From contig CAZGNX010000001.1 of assembly GCA_964527065.1 (NCBI GenBank), forward strand, positions 45-64,044: a DNA stretch of 64,000 nucleotides, given 5' to 3'. This stretch comes from an uncultured Pseudomonadales bacterium. Its GTDB lineage: Bacteria > Patescibacteriota > Microgenomatia > UBA1400 > UBA12108. A model generated the notes under the pieces. The model had not been told where the DNA came from. It made no database searches and saw only the letters and a program-made list of their open reading frames with translations. Both the position numbers and the translations under genes were made by a program. Of the stretch, positions 1-8,907 are shown one piece after another (the stretch's first letter is position 1; each line of letters begins with the position of its first letter).

Positions 1-72
1 ACTTATACAAATGTTTGCTATTATGAAGAATGCGTATTATACTCGAGTCGAGATTAGGCTAGAATCCGGCGG

Positions 73-573
73 ATGAGTGAGAAGAATTTTGCAACCAGTG
101 GAGAAGCAAAGGTTTTTATTGAGGAGCTTGAGTGGGTAATGCTTGAGGCACTAGGAAATAGGGGAAGTAATTACTTACCCAAGTATCTGTCTTTTGAGGC
201 AATGATCCACTCTTTAACCTTAATGATTGACGAGGCTGTAAGAACGATATCTCCGGAGGAAGTTAGACCATTACGCTCAAGTGCTGTGGTAATTGACATG
301 GGTCTTGAATCTTGGCGAACTAGTTTGTGGGGGCCACTAAACATGGAACCTGAGAAAAATATGCATGAGCTTGAGAATGTGGCACGAATAGAATCAATAT
401 TAAAAGTTAGGGCTATACGAATACTGCTGGGGGAGAAGTTTGGGTTACGAGGATCTAGCGGTTTCGATGAGAGCTCTCAAGTATCCGCTCGCGCCCTGCC
501 CCGACTCCTCCCCCATTTTTTTGACGTATTGCTCCTGGGAGCTGGTGAGGAAGAGATTAAAGCGCCGGGATAG
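73..573 (+). CDS. hypothetical protein; the 3' end overlaps the opposite-strand ORF 445..1008
   Basis: 166-codon ORF with balanced, helical-looking composition. No recognisable motif. ~130 nt overlap with the convergent ORF leaves the true extent unclear. Confidence 0.35.
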   Translation: MSEKNFATSGEAKVFIEELEWVMLEALGNRGSNYLPKYLSFEAMIHSLTLMIDEAVRTISPEEVRPLRSSAVVIDMGLESWRTSLWGPLNMEPEKNMHELENVARIESILKVRAIRILLGEKFGLRGSSGFDESSQVSARALPRLLPHFFDVLLLGAGEEEIKAPG

Positions 574-1008
574 CAAGTCTTTTTTGGCCTGGGAGAGGAA
601 ATCCTCAATTATCACGTCGATTGAGGCGCGATTGTACTTGCCAGCGTGGAAATAGCGATTGTTAATTTTCTGACTAAAATCTTCGTGAATCGAGAGACAC
701 AGCACGTGCTTTTTGGCCTGCATGGCGAGGGTGGCCTCGTGACCGAGCTGAAAATCCTCGTGACTATTTTCGATAATGACAGCATCGGCCCACAAGATGC
801 CGCGACGGATGGCCTCGTAGTGCAGTAAGTCTGGTTGACTCTCTAGCTTGGCGCGGATGGTGGGAGGCAAGATGTCCTTATAGTTCCCCTTTTCGGTAGC
901 GACTACTTCTGAGTCTGGCTGCGCATCGATCGCCCTTCCTACCATGTCGTAGTATTTTTGATACTTTTGTTTGCCGTGATAGCTGGCGGTCCAGAAGATT
1001 TTGAGCAT
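445..1008 (-). CDS. hypothetical protein (possible nucleoside 2-deoxyribosyltransferase-like fold; tentative)
   Basis: 187-aa ORF with coherent globular composition ('ILWADAVIIENSHEDFQLGHEATLAMQAKKHVLCL'). No firm family assignment. Confidence 0.45.
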   Translation of the reverse strand: MLKIFWTASYHGKQKYQKYYDMVGRAIDAQPDSEVVATEKGNYKDILPPTIRAKLESQPDLLHYEAIRRGILWADAVIIENSHEDFQLGHEATLAMQAKKHVLCLSIHEDFSQKINNRYFHAGKYNRASIDVIIEDFLSQAKKDLLSRRFNLFLTSSQEQYVKKMGEESGQGASGYLRALIETARSS

Positions 1009-1104
1009 ATTATGTATATATGTATATCATACTATTGCCTATTTATCAATATAATTGTATGATTGTGGATAATTGTGTGTATAATTTGTGTAAAGGAGAG
1101 ACAA

Positions 1105-1556
1105 TGATTAAATCTATCGGAACACATATTAAGGCGAGGGATTATGCCAAAAGTCGGGCATTTTATGAGGGGTTTGGGTTCCCGGTCATCTTTGAGTACG
1201 GACCTAACAAAGAGGTCAAGGAAGACTATAGTGGGGTGACGTTTGCGGTGGGCAGTGCCAAGCTCGAGATCGCAGATGGACACAGGGCGGTAAAACGCGA
1301 GACTTTTCTGGAAGAAGTGAAGTCAAGCAAAATTTCTTTGATGGTCGAGGTGGAGTCGCTGTCGGAGATTATCGCTAGGGCCCAAAAGATGGGACTCTCC
1401 CCTACCACCCCCGTACGACACTACTACTGGGGTAAGTTAGAAGTCGTATACCGAGATCCAGACGGGGTGATTGTGGTTTTTACGCAAGCCTATAATGAGG
1501 ATGATGCTAAAAAGTTGGGGGCAGATGAGAAGTTTGGCAAGCCACCTAGCGCCTAA
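1105..1556 (+). CDS. VOC / glyoxalase-bleomycin resistance family protein
   Basis: 'MIKSIGTHIKARDYAKSRAFYEGFGF' N-terminus typical of the VOC fold. GGAGAG RBS 6 nt upstream of the ATG at 1105. AT-rich promoter-like tract 1010-1100. Confidence 0.65.
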
Positions 1557-1577
1557 ACCTTTTGTTATACTAATTCT

Positions 1578-1958
1578 GTGAAACAGAAAGTTTTAACTGA
1601 TAAAGCCCCCCAACCTGGTGCAATGCCATTTTCACAAGCAATTGTGGCAGACAAACTGGTGTTTACGGCGGGACAGATTTATCTCACGCCCGAGGGTAAG
1701 TTGCTTGAGGGTACGCTAGAGGAACAGATCCACCAGGTGATGAGAAATTTGCAGGCAATCCTAGAGGCGGCGGGGGTGACATTTGCCGAGGTGGTCAAGA
1801 CGACAATCTATGTGAGCGATATGAGTATTTACGGCAAAGTAAACGAAATTTATGGTAGCTATATGTCTGATCCCTACCCTGCGCGGGAGACGGTGTGCGT
1901 GAAAGAGCTCCCCCTGGGAGCAAAACTCGAGATTTCGATGGTAGCGGTCAAGAAGTAG
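1578..1958 (+). CDS. ridA: RidA/YjgF family reactive-intermediate deaminase
   Basis: 126 aa. 'PFSQAIVADKLVFTAGQI...TIYVSDMSIYGKVNEIY...PARETVCVKELPLGAKLEI' matches the YjgF/chorismate mutase-like family along its length. GTG start. Confidence 0.8.
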   Translation: MKQKVLTDKAPQPGAMPFSQAIVADKLVFTAGQIYLTPEGKLLEGTLEEQIHQVMRNLQAILEAAGVTFAEVVKTTIYVSDMSIYGKVNEIYGSYMSDPYPARETVCVKELPLGAKLEISMVAVKK

Positions 1959-1962
1959 CTGG

Positions 1963-2493
1963 TTAGATTAATTTGAGCAGCTTGGGAAATTGTTTGTAGC
2001 CGTCGGAGTCCATAAAGTGACCGCCTTGGCGGATAAAGACAAACTCGGCCTTGAGCCGACCGGCCATGTCTCCAGCAATCAACTTGGTCACATAGGGGTC
2101 GTTATCGGAATGGACGACAAAGCGCTTGGAGGTATTCTTGATTATTTTACTGTGGTTAAGAGGTGTAGGCCAAAATGATTCGATACCGGCGGTTAAATCG
2201 TTAAAGTCCCATCCGCCAACGAGAATCATGGTTTTGTAGGCGTGCCTCTCAGCAAGACGCATGGCTAGCTGGGTGCCCAAGCTGTGACCAATAATAACCG
2301 TGTCTTTGTCGATCTTTAGTAGTTTTTCGAGATATTTGAGCTGGGTGGGCATGTGTGGGGTTTTGCTGTACATGGTAGGGATGACGGGAAGGTAGACTTG
2401 GTAGCCCTTTTGCTTTAACTCTTTTTTGAGCCAGGGATACCAGTGGGAGGTGGTTTTTTGGGGCCACCCTTGGAGGATTAGGGCTTGTTTCAT
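1963..2493 (-). CDS. YdeN/RBBP9-family serine hydrolase (alpha/beta fold)
   Basis: 'MKQALILQGW' start, nucleophile elbow 'GHSLG', 'HSDNDPYV', C-terminal 'GGHF'. ~176 aa from the internal Met at 2493. The ORF extends upstream to 2598. Confidence 0.6.
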   Translation of the reverse strand: MKQALILQGWPQKTTSHWYPWLKKELKQKGYQVYLPVIPTMYSKTPHMPTQLKYLEKLLKIDKDTVIIGHSLGTQLAMRLAERHAYKTMILVGGWDFNDLTAGIESFWPTPLNHSKIIKNTSKRFVVHSDNDPYVTKLIAGDMAGRLKAEFVFIRQGGHFMDSDGYKQFPKLLKLI

Positions 2494-2574
2494 GGGGGTA
2501 TTATACCAACTGGGCGAGTTTGGCGCGGGAGAAGGCGAAGGCAACTTGACAAGCCATAGGTAACATGTTACTTT

Positions 2575-2835
2575 GTGCCTATGCAAACACTTACACATAG
2601 AACAAATGTATTATTTTCATCTGATGAATATAGGTTGTTATCCACGCTCGCGAGGCAGAATAAAAAAACATTAGGTGAGTTGATCCGCCACGCTGTCAAA
2701 AAAACCTATGCTGGTAATACGAGAGACTCATTTGAGGCATCGCTGGCGCGTATCCGTCAATTGACCAAGGGCGTCAAGATCAAGAAATCTGAGTATCGAT
2801 CTCTTGTGATTGAGGGTCGTAAGTATGAAGACTAG
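2575..2835 (+). CDS. ribbon-helix-helix antitoxin (VapB/CopG-like)
   Basis: 86 aa. N-terminal 'VLFSSDEYRLLSTLARQNKKTLGELIRHAV' RHH pattern. Overlaps the downstream PIN gene. Confidence 0.5.
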   Translation: MPMQTLTHRTNVLFSSDEYRLLSTLARQNKKTLGELIRHAVKKTYAGNTRDSFEASLARIRQLTKGVKIKKSEYRSLVIEGRKYED

Positions 2836-3181
2836 AGTTGTGGTAGATGCCTCTTACGTCCTGAGCTGGCTCATGCCAGACGAAAACCATCCCAAAACAA
2901 AGGTTGGACAGAAAATAGCCCCTACCCTACTACCGTACGAGGTAGTTAATGCACTAAAATCGGCAGTTGCTCAAAGAAGAATCACAGAGGAGCTGGCGCA
3001 GAGCTTGCTTGGCGAGTTTTTGGGTTGGCAGATTGATTACCAAGAGATTGATGCGGCAGGTGTGCTCCAGATTGCGGTTGCACATAAGTTGTCAAGCTAT
3101 GATGCGAGTTATGTGTATTTAGCAAGAAAGATGAAAAGTGCGCTACTAACCTGGGATAAGAAGCTCGAGAAGTTGGTTTGA
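2825..3181 (+). CDS. vapC: PIN-domain toxin (VapC-like)
   Basis: 'VVVDASYVLSWL' N-terminal acidic motif and 'SYDASYVYLA' C-terminal motif of PIN nucleases. Start codon overlaps the antitoxin gene. Confidence 0.6.
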   Translation: MKTRVVVDASYVLSWLMPDENHPKTKVGQKIAPTLLPYEVVNALKSAVAQRRITEELAQSLLGEFLGWQIDYQEIDAAGVLQIAVAHKLSSYDASYVYLARKMKSALLTWDKKLEKLV

Positions 3182-3225
3182 ACTAGCGTGGGGGTAGGCA
3201 CAGGTATCTGCGATATAATGGACTT

Positions 3226-4119
3226 ATGCAAGCGATAGATTTGAAACAGTTGGGCTATCAGATTAAGCAAGTATTTCTTGAGCAAGATACCTACGTCTTT
3301 GGCAAGCTGGTGACAGAGTTTGAGAAAGACGGCAAGTTTGGAGGGGATTTTGTCTACTTTGCCATGATTGATCCCTCAACAACACCCGCTACTTTTTATG
3401 AAGTTACCTCTCCATTTGATCTGGTTTCGGGCAAGGCGCCGCAGTTGGCTCTCGTGTTCCGCCACGGCAAGTGTGTTTTGAATACTGATTACACGGACTA
3501 TGCCGCGATGCGGACAGGAATAATGGACGGAGTGGTGATCGCACAAACCCAAATGGATAAAAAGGTGAGGGTGTTACTTTTTGGTTCCGGCAAGACGGCT
3601 AGCTGGTCAATACGCGGGCTGGCAGAGCTCACCCCGTGGATCAAACGAATAGACTACTATTCAAAAAGCGGCAAGAAGGCATCATTTGAAAGCCTGGGTA
3701 AAGAGGTGGGGATTGAGCTCGTATATACACAGGCTTGGCGTGAACAGTTGTCTAGCTACGATGTCATCATTTGTCACACTAACGCGAGCGAGCCAATTCT
3801 CACGGCAGCTGATATGGCAAGCGTGAAAAAGGGTGCTCAAATCCATAGTTTTATAGGGAGTACCGAGCACGGGGAGCTAGCGGATCAGTTTTATAGTGCG
3901 CAGGCTCAAATTGTCAGTGATTGGCCTAAGATCCTGGCAGACAACAAAATTATGCAGCGAGCAACAACTACGGGTGGGGTGGAGCCAGGGAAAATCGTTT
4001 ACCTCAAAGAGTTTTTTGGTAACAACTATCAATTCAAGGCCGGAGCCCCTTACACTATTTTTCAGTTTGGCGGGACGCCACTACAAAATCTGGCAGTTTT
4101 GCAGCTGTTGACCGGGTAG
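3226..4119 (+). CDS. hypothetical protein (possible Rossmann-fold, ornithine cyclodeaminase/mu-crystallin-like; tentative)
   Basis: 297 aa. 'VRVLLFGSGKTASWSIRGL' resembles a dinucleotide-binding loop. Otherwise no firm match. Confidence 0.45.
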   Translation: MQAIDLKQLGYQIKQVFLEQDTYVFGKLVTEFEKDGKFGGDFVYFAMIDPSTTPATFYEVTSPFDLVSGKAPQLALVFRHGKCVLNTDYTDYAAMRTGIMDGVVIAQTQMDKKVRVLLFGSGKTASWSIRGLAELTPWIKRIDYYSKSGKKASFESLGKEVGIELVYTQAWREQLSSYDVIICHTNASEPILTAADMASVKKGAQIHSFIGSTEHGELADQFYSAQAQIVSDWPKILADNKIMQRATTTGGVEPGKIVYLKEFFGNNYQFKAGAPYTIFQFGGTPLQNLAVLQLLTG

Positions 4120-4131
4120 TATACTCAACCA

Positions 4132-4611
4132 ATGAAAAAGACTGGTTCTTTCTGGCAGAGTCTTGAGATTTACACGTGGAAAGTAGTGGAGCGCAGTCCC
4201 CTCCCCTGGTCTTGGATAGGAATAGGAACAGTTGTTCTTATACTGTTGGCGTCTCTACTTAACAGGCAAAATAGTGTGGTTTCGGTGGGGAATATGCGGG
4301 AAGTGATTGTAAAAGCGGCGGAGCGAGGAGATTATGGACTGGCAAGAAAACTATTGGACCATTACACCAGTGAACCATTAGACCATTTAGTGCTGGGGGT
4401 GCAGAGCGAATTGGAGGACAAGGTTTACCCTGAGCGAGTGGTGGAGCGCAGGACACTCGAGCTGGAGACAAAACTAGGAGAGTATCCCGGGAACAGACAG
4501 ATTTACCTCATGCTGAGCGAGCTGTATCGACAATTGGAGAACCCAACTAAAGAAAGTGAATATCGTGAAAAGGCACGGGTTTTGGATCCGAACAATCTAG
4601 AATATCGGTGA
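4132..4611 (+). CDS. membrane-anchored hypothetical protein with helical repeat
   Basis: 159 aa. One TM segment ('IGIGTVVLILLASLL') followed by a charged helical region. Confidence 0.5.
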   Translation: MKKTGSFWQSLEIYTWKVVERSPLPWSWIGIGTVVLILLASLLNRQNSVVSVGNMREVIVKAAERGDYGLARKLLDHYTSEPLDHLVLGVQSELEDKVYPERVVERRTLELETKLGEYPGNRQIYLMLSELYRQLENPTKESEYREKARVLDPNNLEYR

Positions 4612-4620
4612 ATCACAAAA

Positions 4621-4671
4621 GTTCCGATCTCCTGCCTGCGCAGGCAGGCTCGCTCCGACAAGGATCGGAAC
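4621..4671. terminator. nested inverted repeat (bidirectional terminator candidate) between convergent genes
   Basis: GTTCCGATC(4621-4629)...GATCGGAAC(4663-4671) outer stem enclosing the perfect palindrome CCTGCCTGCGCAGGCAGG (4631-4648). Confidence 0.5.
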
Positions 4672-4684
4672 TAGGAACGGGAAA

Positions 4685-5386
4685 TTATTCTTTTTTAGCT
4701 TCTTTTTTCGGTGCCTCAGTAGGCTCGGCAGGTTTGGCACCCTCCCCTTCTGGTTTGGCATCACCCTCAACTGGTGCGGCACCTTCGGCGCCTCCGGCGG
4801 GCTCAGGGGCTACAACCACCTCTTCTTTGGCGGGCTCTTGGATGGTCGCGATCACCTCGTCGTCGCCCACGGTGAGGGTCACTTTGGTGCGATCAAGCTT
4901 GAGATCTCCCGCATGTATGGTGTTGCCTAGCTCTTTTAAGGCTGAAATATCTACTTCGATGAGGTCGGGAAGATCGGTGGGGAGTGCCTCTACGTCTAGA
5001 GCGTTCTTTTGCATAACCAAGACTAGCCCTGATTTGACGGCTTCGGACTCGCCCACAGCGCGTAATGGTACGGTCGCGGTGGTTTTTTGGGTCAAGTCGA
5101 CCTCGTGAAAATCGACGTGGAGCATAGCACCTGTCACTGGATCTTGGGCATAACCTGAAACCAGCACAGGATGCGGCTTGGTCTCACCCTTGATCATGAG
5201 CTCGATCAGTCCGGTTTCCCCTGCCAAGCGCATAGTGTCGAGGAGTTTGGCACTTGCAACTTCGATCGCAAGCGATTTGATTTTTTTGCCAAAAATATTG
5301 GCGGGGATGATGCCCCTTGCTCGGAGTTGTTTGGTCTTGCGACCCAGGAGGGTGCGGGGTGCAGCATCTAATGAGTAGGTAGTCAT
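4685..5386 (-). CDS. rplY: 50S ribosomal protein L25 / general stress protein Ctc
   Basis: 233 aa. N-terminal L25 beta-barrel region ('KTKQLRARGIIPANIFG', 'LHVDFHEV') plus an Ala/Glu/Pro/Lys-rich C-terminal tail typical of Ctc-form L25. Confidence 0.85.
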   Translation of the reverse strand: MTTYSLDAAPRTLLGRKTKQLRARGIIPANIFGKKIKSLAIEVASAKLLDTMRLAGETGLIELMIKGETKPHPVLVSGYAQDPVTGAMLHVDFHEVDLTQKTTATVPLRAVGESEAVKSGLVLVMQKNALDVEALPTDLPDLIEVDISALKELGNTIHAGDLKLDRTKVTLTVGDDEVIATIQEPAKEEVVVAPEPAGGAEGAAPVEGDAKPEGEGAKPAEPTEAPKKEAKKE

Positions 5387-5439
5387 AGAGGGATTATACC
5401 ACCCTTCGCCCTGTCGGGCTACGCAGTGGCGCAGCCATA

Positions 5440-8187
5440 TTATTGAGAGAATTTGACGGTGAGGCGACGATCCTTGTCGTTGGCCATATTAAATTTGAGC
5501 TGTTGAGTGGTGAGCTCGGCCAGGGGAGAAACAATCTCTGGTTTGAGGTAGAGAGGGTGGTTGAGATAGACAGTAAGTGGGTCAGTTGCGAAAGTTCCTG
5601 GTTGTTTTTGCCAGTACCAAGAATAGACAAACTCCCCTGACTCGGCTATTTGGGGTGTGGTATAGGTGACCTCTACGAGAACACTACTGCTTACAGGCAC
5701 TGTCATTAGGTGGCTGAGTACGACATAGTTTTGTTGTGAGCTGAGGGTGATCTCGGGGTTGGTAAGTATACGACCATCGACTTTGATTTCGCTGACATTG
5801 GTGCCTTGTGGCAAGTAGAGACGCTGATAATTTTTGTATGCTCCAGCGGGCCATGCGCTTGAGGTGGATGTGTTGTTGTAGCGGAGGCGGAGCGTATGGT
5901 TGACCAAGAGGTCTTTGTCAAAAGTAATAACTTGTTCGATGTTCCTTGTTACAAAATAGTTGGCTTTGTTGACTCCAAAGTTATTATCGACAACCATGGC
6001 ATAATCTTTGTGACAATGGTCGAGGGCTGGACATGGGAGATCGACAAGCGCACCATCCCAACCAAGGACTTCAAAGGCGTGCGCAGAGACGGGATTGATG
6101 AGTGAAATCAGTGTGTCTTTGGCTTCGATTGACTGGGCAAGCGCCATCATGAGTTTGATGCCCTCCCCCGATGAGACATGTGGCAAGCGGGCAAAGAGCG
6201 CGCTTGCGACGGTGCTAAGAAACTCTTTTTTTTGGGTCGAACCAGGGAAAAAATTGACTTCGGCGTGGAATTGAGCGCGCTCGTAGAGATTGCTTTCGCT
6301 AATTGTTTCTTCGTAATCAGGGATCTCCAGTGGTCCGGTGGCTTTGAGGATAGCCTTCAGGCTATTGACATTGACGGCTATGGTGCCGTCTAGTGTTTGT
6401 CCCAGTGATTTTTGGATAAACCATTCTGCTCGCCTGGCACTCGTGGGAAAATCTGGATCAAAGTTGCTGTCGCGTAGGTACCAATTGGCTTCTCCCAAAA
6501 TATCGCGGATGGGAGGAGGTGGTTCGACATGCCCCTTAAGTTGGCCATCGGCTTCGTAGACGTCAAAGATGGGCATATCGTAGAGTTTGCCGTTTTCAAA
6601 ACTCAAGAGCGCGAAGGAGCCGATAAACCCCCCCGTCGATCTAAGCTCCATATTGTTCTGAAACAAAACCACATATTTGCGCCGGCCGCCGAGGGCTATC
6701 ACGTCGGGAGCGCTCGCCAACAAAGCTTTGGCAGTCACCACTGAGCGTTTGAGATCGGCGAGCTTGGCTCTTCCTGCTTGGTAGTCCAGATCATAGCGCG
6801 TGGCAAGGACGTGGGGAGTTTGGGTGGGTAGGAGTCCTTCTAAAAGTGAGAGTTGGCTGTAGAGCTCCTCGGTAGCGAGCCGGCTTTGACTAAGCAATTG
6901 CACTGGATCGGCCTCACCACTTCCAAAAACGTAGTGCGCCAACTCTTTGGTTGAATTCTCTAGTGTTTGGGTGGTAGAGAGCGCGCGTAAGGCCTGCTCA
7001 TAGGCATCAAGGAGGAGGCTGATTTCTGACACAGGGCGTTGAGGCTTAATTCCTGGTAGTGAGCCGATTAGTGCCCAGTTGGCTCTGACGTAAGTGAGTG
7101 CAAAACTATTGAGCCCAGTAACGTGAGGAACCTCATTGTTGCTGAACTCCCGCAGGATGTAGCGGAGTGTCAACCCTGTTATGGTGGCAAAACAGGCTAG
7201 GGATCCTAGGTAAAGTGCGAAGGCGATTACCATCCCTCGACCAATAATCCATAACAAACGAGGGGGACTAGATTTGGGTGCTGGACGTTTGGGCCAGAGA
7301 AGCCTGGGCTTTGGCTTGGGGGTGGATAGGGGGACAAAGACAGGCGCCCTAGATTTGAGTGGGGCTAATTTGGGATTAGTCTCAGTTGCACTTGGTGGCG
7401 GTACGGGGACAGTAGGAGGAGTGGGTGGTTTGGCGTGTGTCTTGAAATATTTTTTGAGTAAGTCTTGGGGAAAATCATCTGGATGGTGGGACACTTTGTC
7501 GGGACTGGGTCTTGTGCTTGGTCTTTGTAGACGATAATCTTCTTGTTTGACGTTCTCAAACACGAGTTGAATTTTGAAGAGTAGACTCGTGCGGACAAGA
7601 TAAGCGAGATTGAGTAAAGAGGCAGAGGCACCTAGTATGGCACGGGACTCCCCCATTCGTTTTGAAGGCTCTAAGATGGCGGCGACTATTTGTCCCGCAA
7701 GCTCTCTGACCCCCAAGATGCTAACTTCTTGCAACCCATCCTCAGGGATGATTAAGGGCTTGCCACGATTGATGTCGTCTAACCATGATTGTAATTGTGG
7801 TGAGCACAGCTCCCTCTCTCCAACATAATCAGGGTAAAGTAGGTGCTTGGTAACAGGGGCCAGGTCTTGCGGCGGATGGTTGTATTGAGCGTGAGTAAGA
7901 GTGAATAGTTGAGAAGCGCCTGATTGGATGAGGGGAAGTAATGCCGCGATTAACTCTCTCCCCTCCCCCGCAAGCCAAGTAGGAGTCAGCGTGTCTGACA
8001 AGAGGATGACGTAGTCTGGATCGTGCGTCTTGCTCATGGCCTCAAGATCAAAAATACTCTCGAGCTGTTGCGCGTATACCCCCTTTGATTTGAGACTCAT
8101 AACCAAGGCCTGGGTAAGTTCGGTAGTTGCGCCTAAAACCACGGCGGCTTGTTCACGTGTTTCGACGGTAAAGCGTTGGGCAGTCAT
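5440..8187 (-). CDS. DUF4012-domain envelope protein: N-terminal cytoplasmic Rossmann-like region, Pro-rich linker, one TM helix, extracytoplasmic DUF4012
   Basis: 915 aa. 'LFQNNMELRSTGGFIGSFALL' motif characteristic of DUF4012. Pro/Lys-rich linker 'PPTPPTVPVPPPS...KPKPRLLWPKRPAPK'. TM 'MVIAFALYLGSLACFATITGL'. Confidence 0.55.
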   Translation of the reverse strand: MTAQRFTVETREQAAVVLGATTELTQALVMSLKSKGVYAQQLESIFDLEAMSKTHDPDYVILLSDTLTPTWLAGEGRELIAALLPLIQSGASQLFTLTHAQYNHPPQDLAPVTKHLLYPDYVGERELCSPQLQSWLDDINRGKPLIIPEDGLQEVSILGVRELAGQIVAAILEPSKRMGESRAILGASASLLNLAYLVRTSLLFKIQLVFENVKQEDYRLQRPSTRPSPDKVSHHPDDFPQDLLKKYFKTHAKPPTPPTVPVPPPSATETNPKLAPLKSRAPVFVPLSTPKPKPRLLWPKRPAPKSSPPRLLWIIGRGMVIAFALYLGSLACFATITGLTLRYILREFSNNEVPHVTGLNSFALTYVRANWALIGSLPGIKPQRPVSEISLLLDAYEQALRALSTTQTLENSTKELAHYVFGSGEADPVQLLSQSRLATEELYSQLSLLEGLLPTQTPHVLATRYDLDYQAGRAKLADLKRSVVTAKALLASAPDVIALGGRRKYVVLFQNNMELRSTGGFIGSFALLSFENGKLYDMPIFDVYEADGQLKGHVEPPPPIRDILGEANWYLRDSNFDPDFPTSARRAEWFIQKSLGQTLDGTIAVNVNSLKAILKATGPLEIPDYEETISESNLYERAQFHAEVNFFPGSTQKKEFLSTVASALFARLPHVSSGEGIKLMMALAQSIEAKDTLISLINPVSAHAFEVLGWDGALVDLPCPALDHCHKDYAMVVDNNFGVNKANYFVTRNIEQVITFDKDLLVNHTLRLRYNNTSTSSAWPAGAYKNYQRLYLPQGTNVSEIKVDGRILTNPEITLSSQQNYVVLSHLMTVPVSSSVLVEVTYTTPQIAESGEFVYSWYWQKQPGTFATDPLTVYLNHPLYLKPEIVSPLAELTTQQLKFNMANDKDRRLTVKFSQ

Positions 8188-8480
8188 TCTTTAATCCTAA
8201 CACGAGAGTTGTGCCTAGGTTTTTATATCTTTTTTTGTCTTATATAGTTACTGTTTTTACAATTCCTTTTTGTTTGTACGTTTTTTTGCGTCTTTTTTAT
8301 CTTGTCTTTTTTATATATTATTTCACCTGTTTCGTGTTCGTACTTTTTTTGCACGTTTTTTACCTGTCTTATTATCTCCTCGTACCTACAAAATTTCTCT
8401 CCACTATTTTGAGTCCTATAACTTATGATAATCAGACAACTCAGAGAGTCGGTAAATCAGAAGATTAGAGAATCGGAGAA
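8188..8480. repeat. ~290-bp strongly strand-biased pyrimidine-rich (T/C on +) low-complexity spacer with degenerate direct repeats
   Basis: e.g. 'cgtttttttgcgtcttttttatcttgtcttttttatat' and 'cgtactttttttgcacgttttttacctgtc'. Lies between rnhA and the DUF4012 gene, both on the minus strand, so it is a purine-rich leader on their mRNA strand. Confidence 0.5.
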
Positions 8481-8481
8481 G

Positions 8482-8889
8482 TTAGACTTGATGTGCATCG
8501 AGGGTCTGGTTGACGAGTTCATCTGCCTGGGCATTTTGGGCGCGGGGAACGTAAGAAATAGAATATTTTGGTAGTCGAGCAAGGAAAACCATTGCTTCCC
8601 GGTAACGAGGGATTATATCTGGATGTTTGACTTTGAACTCCCCTTTTATCTGGTTTACGATCAGCAATGAGTCCATCTGGATTGTCAGTTCTGCGAGGGG
8701 GTGGTGGTCGACAACCCACCTAACTCCCGCGATGAGACCAGCATATTCTGCTTGGTTGTTAGTAGTGACACCAAGATAATTACCGCATTTATCCAGAATG
8801 ATTCCCGCAGAGTCTTGGATGACAAAGCCGTAGGCGGCGGGGCCGGGATTGCCACGCGAGCCGCCGTCGCAATTGAGTAACAGTTTCAT
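8482..8889 (-). CDS. rnhA: ribonuclease HI
   Basis: 135 aa. 'CDGGSRGNPGPAAYGFV' (first Asp of the DEDD catalytic set) and 'NNQAEYAGLIAG' (catalytic Glu) of RNase H type 1. Confidence 0.8.
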   Translation of the reverse strand: MKLLLNCDGGSRGNPGPAAYGFVIQDSAGIILDKCGNYLGVTTNNQAEYAGLIAGVRWVVDHHPLAELTIQMDSLLIVNQIKGEFKVKHPDIIPRYREAMVFLARLPKYSISYVPRAQNAQADELVNQTLDAHQV

Positions 8890-8907
8890 AGATTTATGAT
8901 TCTCGAT

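Noticed and set aside
4608-5108. 166-aa + strand ORF rich in Ala/Ser/Gly/Thr
   Set aside because: It lies antisense to rplY and mirrors the Ala/Glu/Pro/Lys-rich tail of L25. The low-complexity composition is typical of a shadow ORF.
8211-8468. 85-aa + strand ORF (F/L/Y-rich)
   Set aside because: It lies entirely within the T-rich low-complexity spacer. The composition is dictated by the pyrimidine tract, with no start context.
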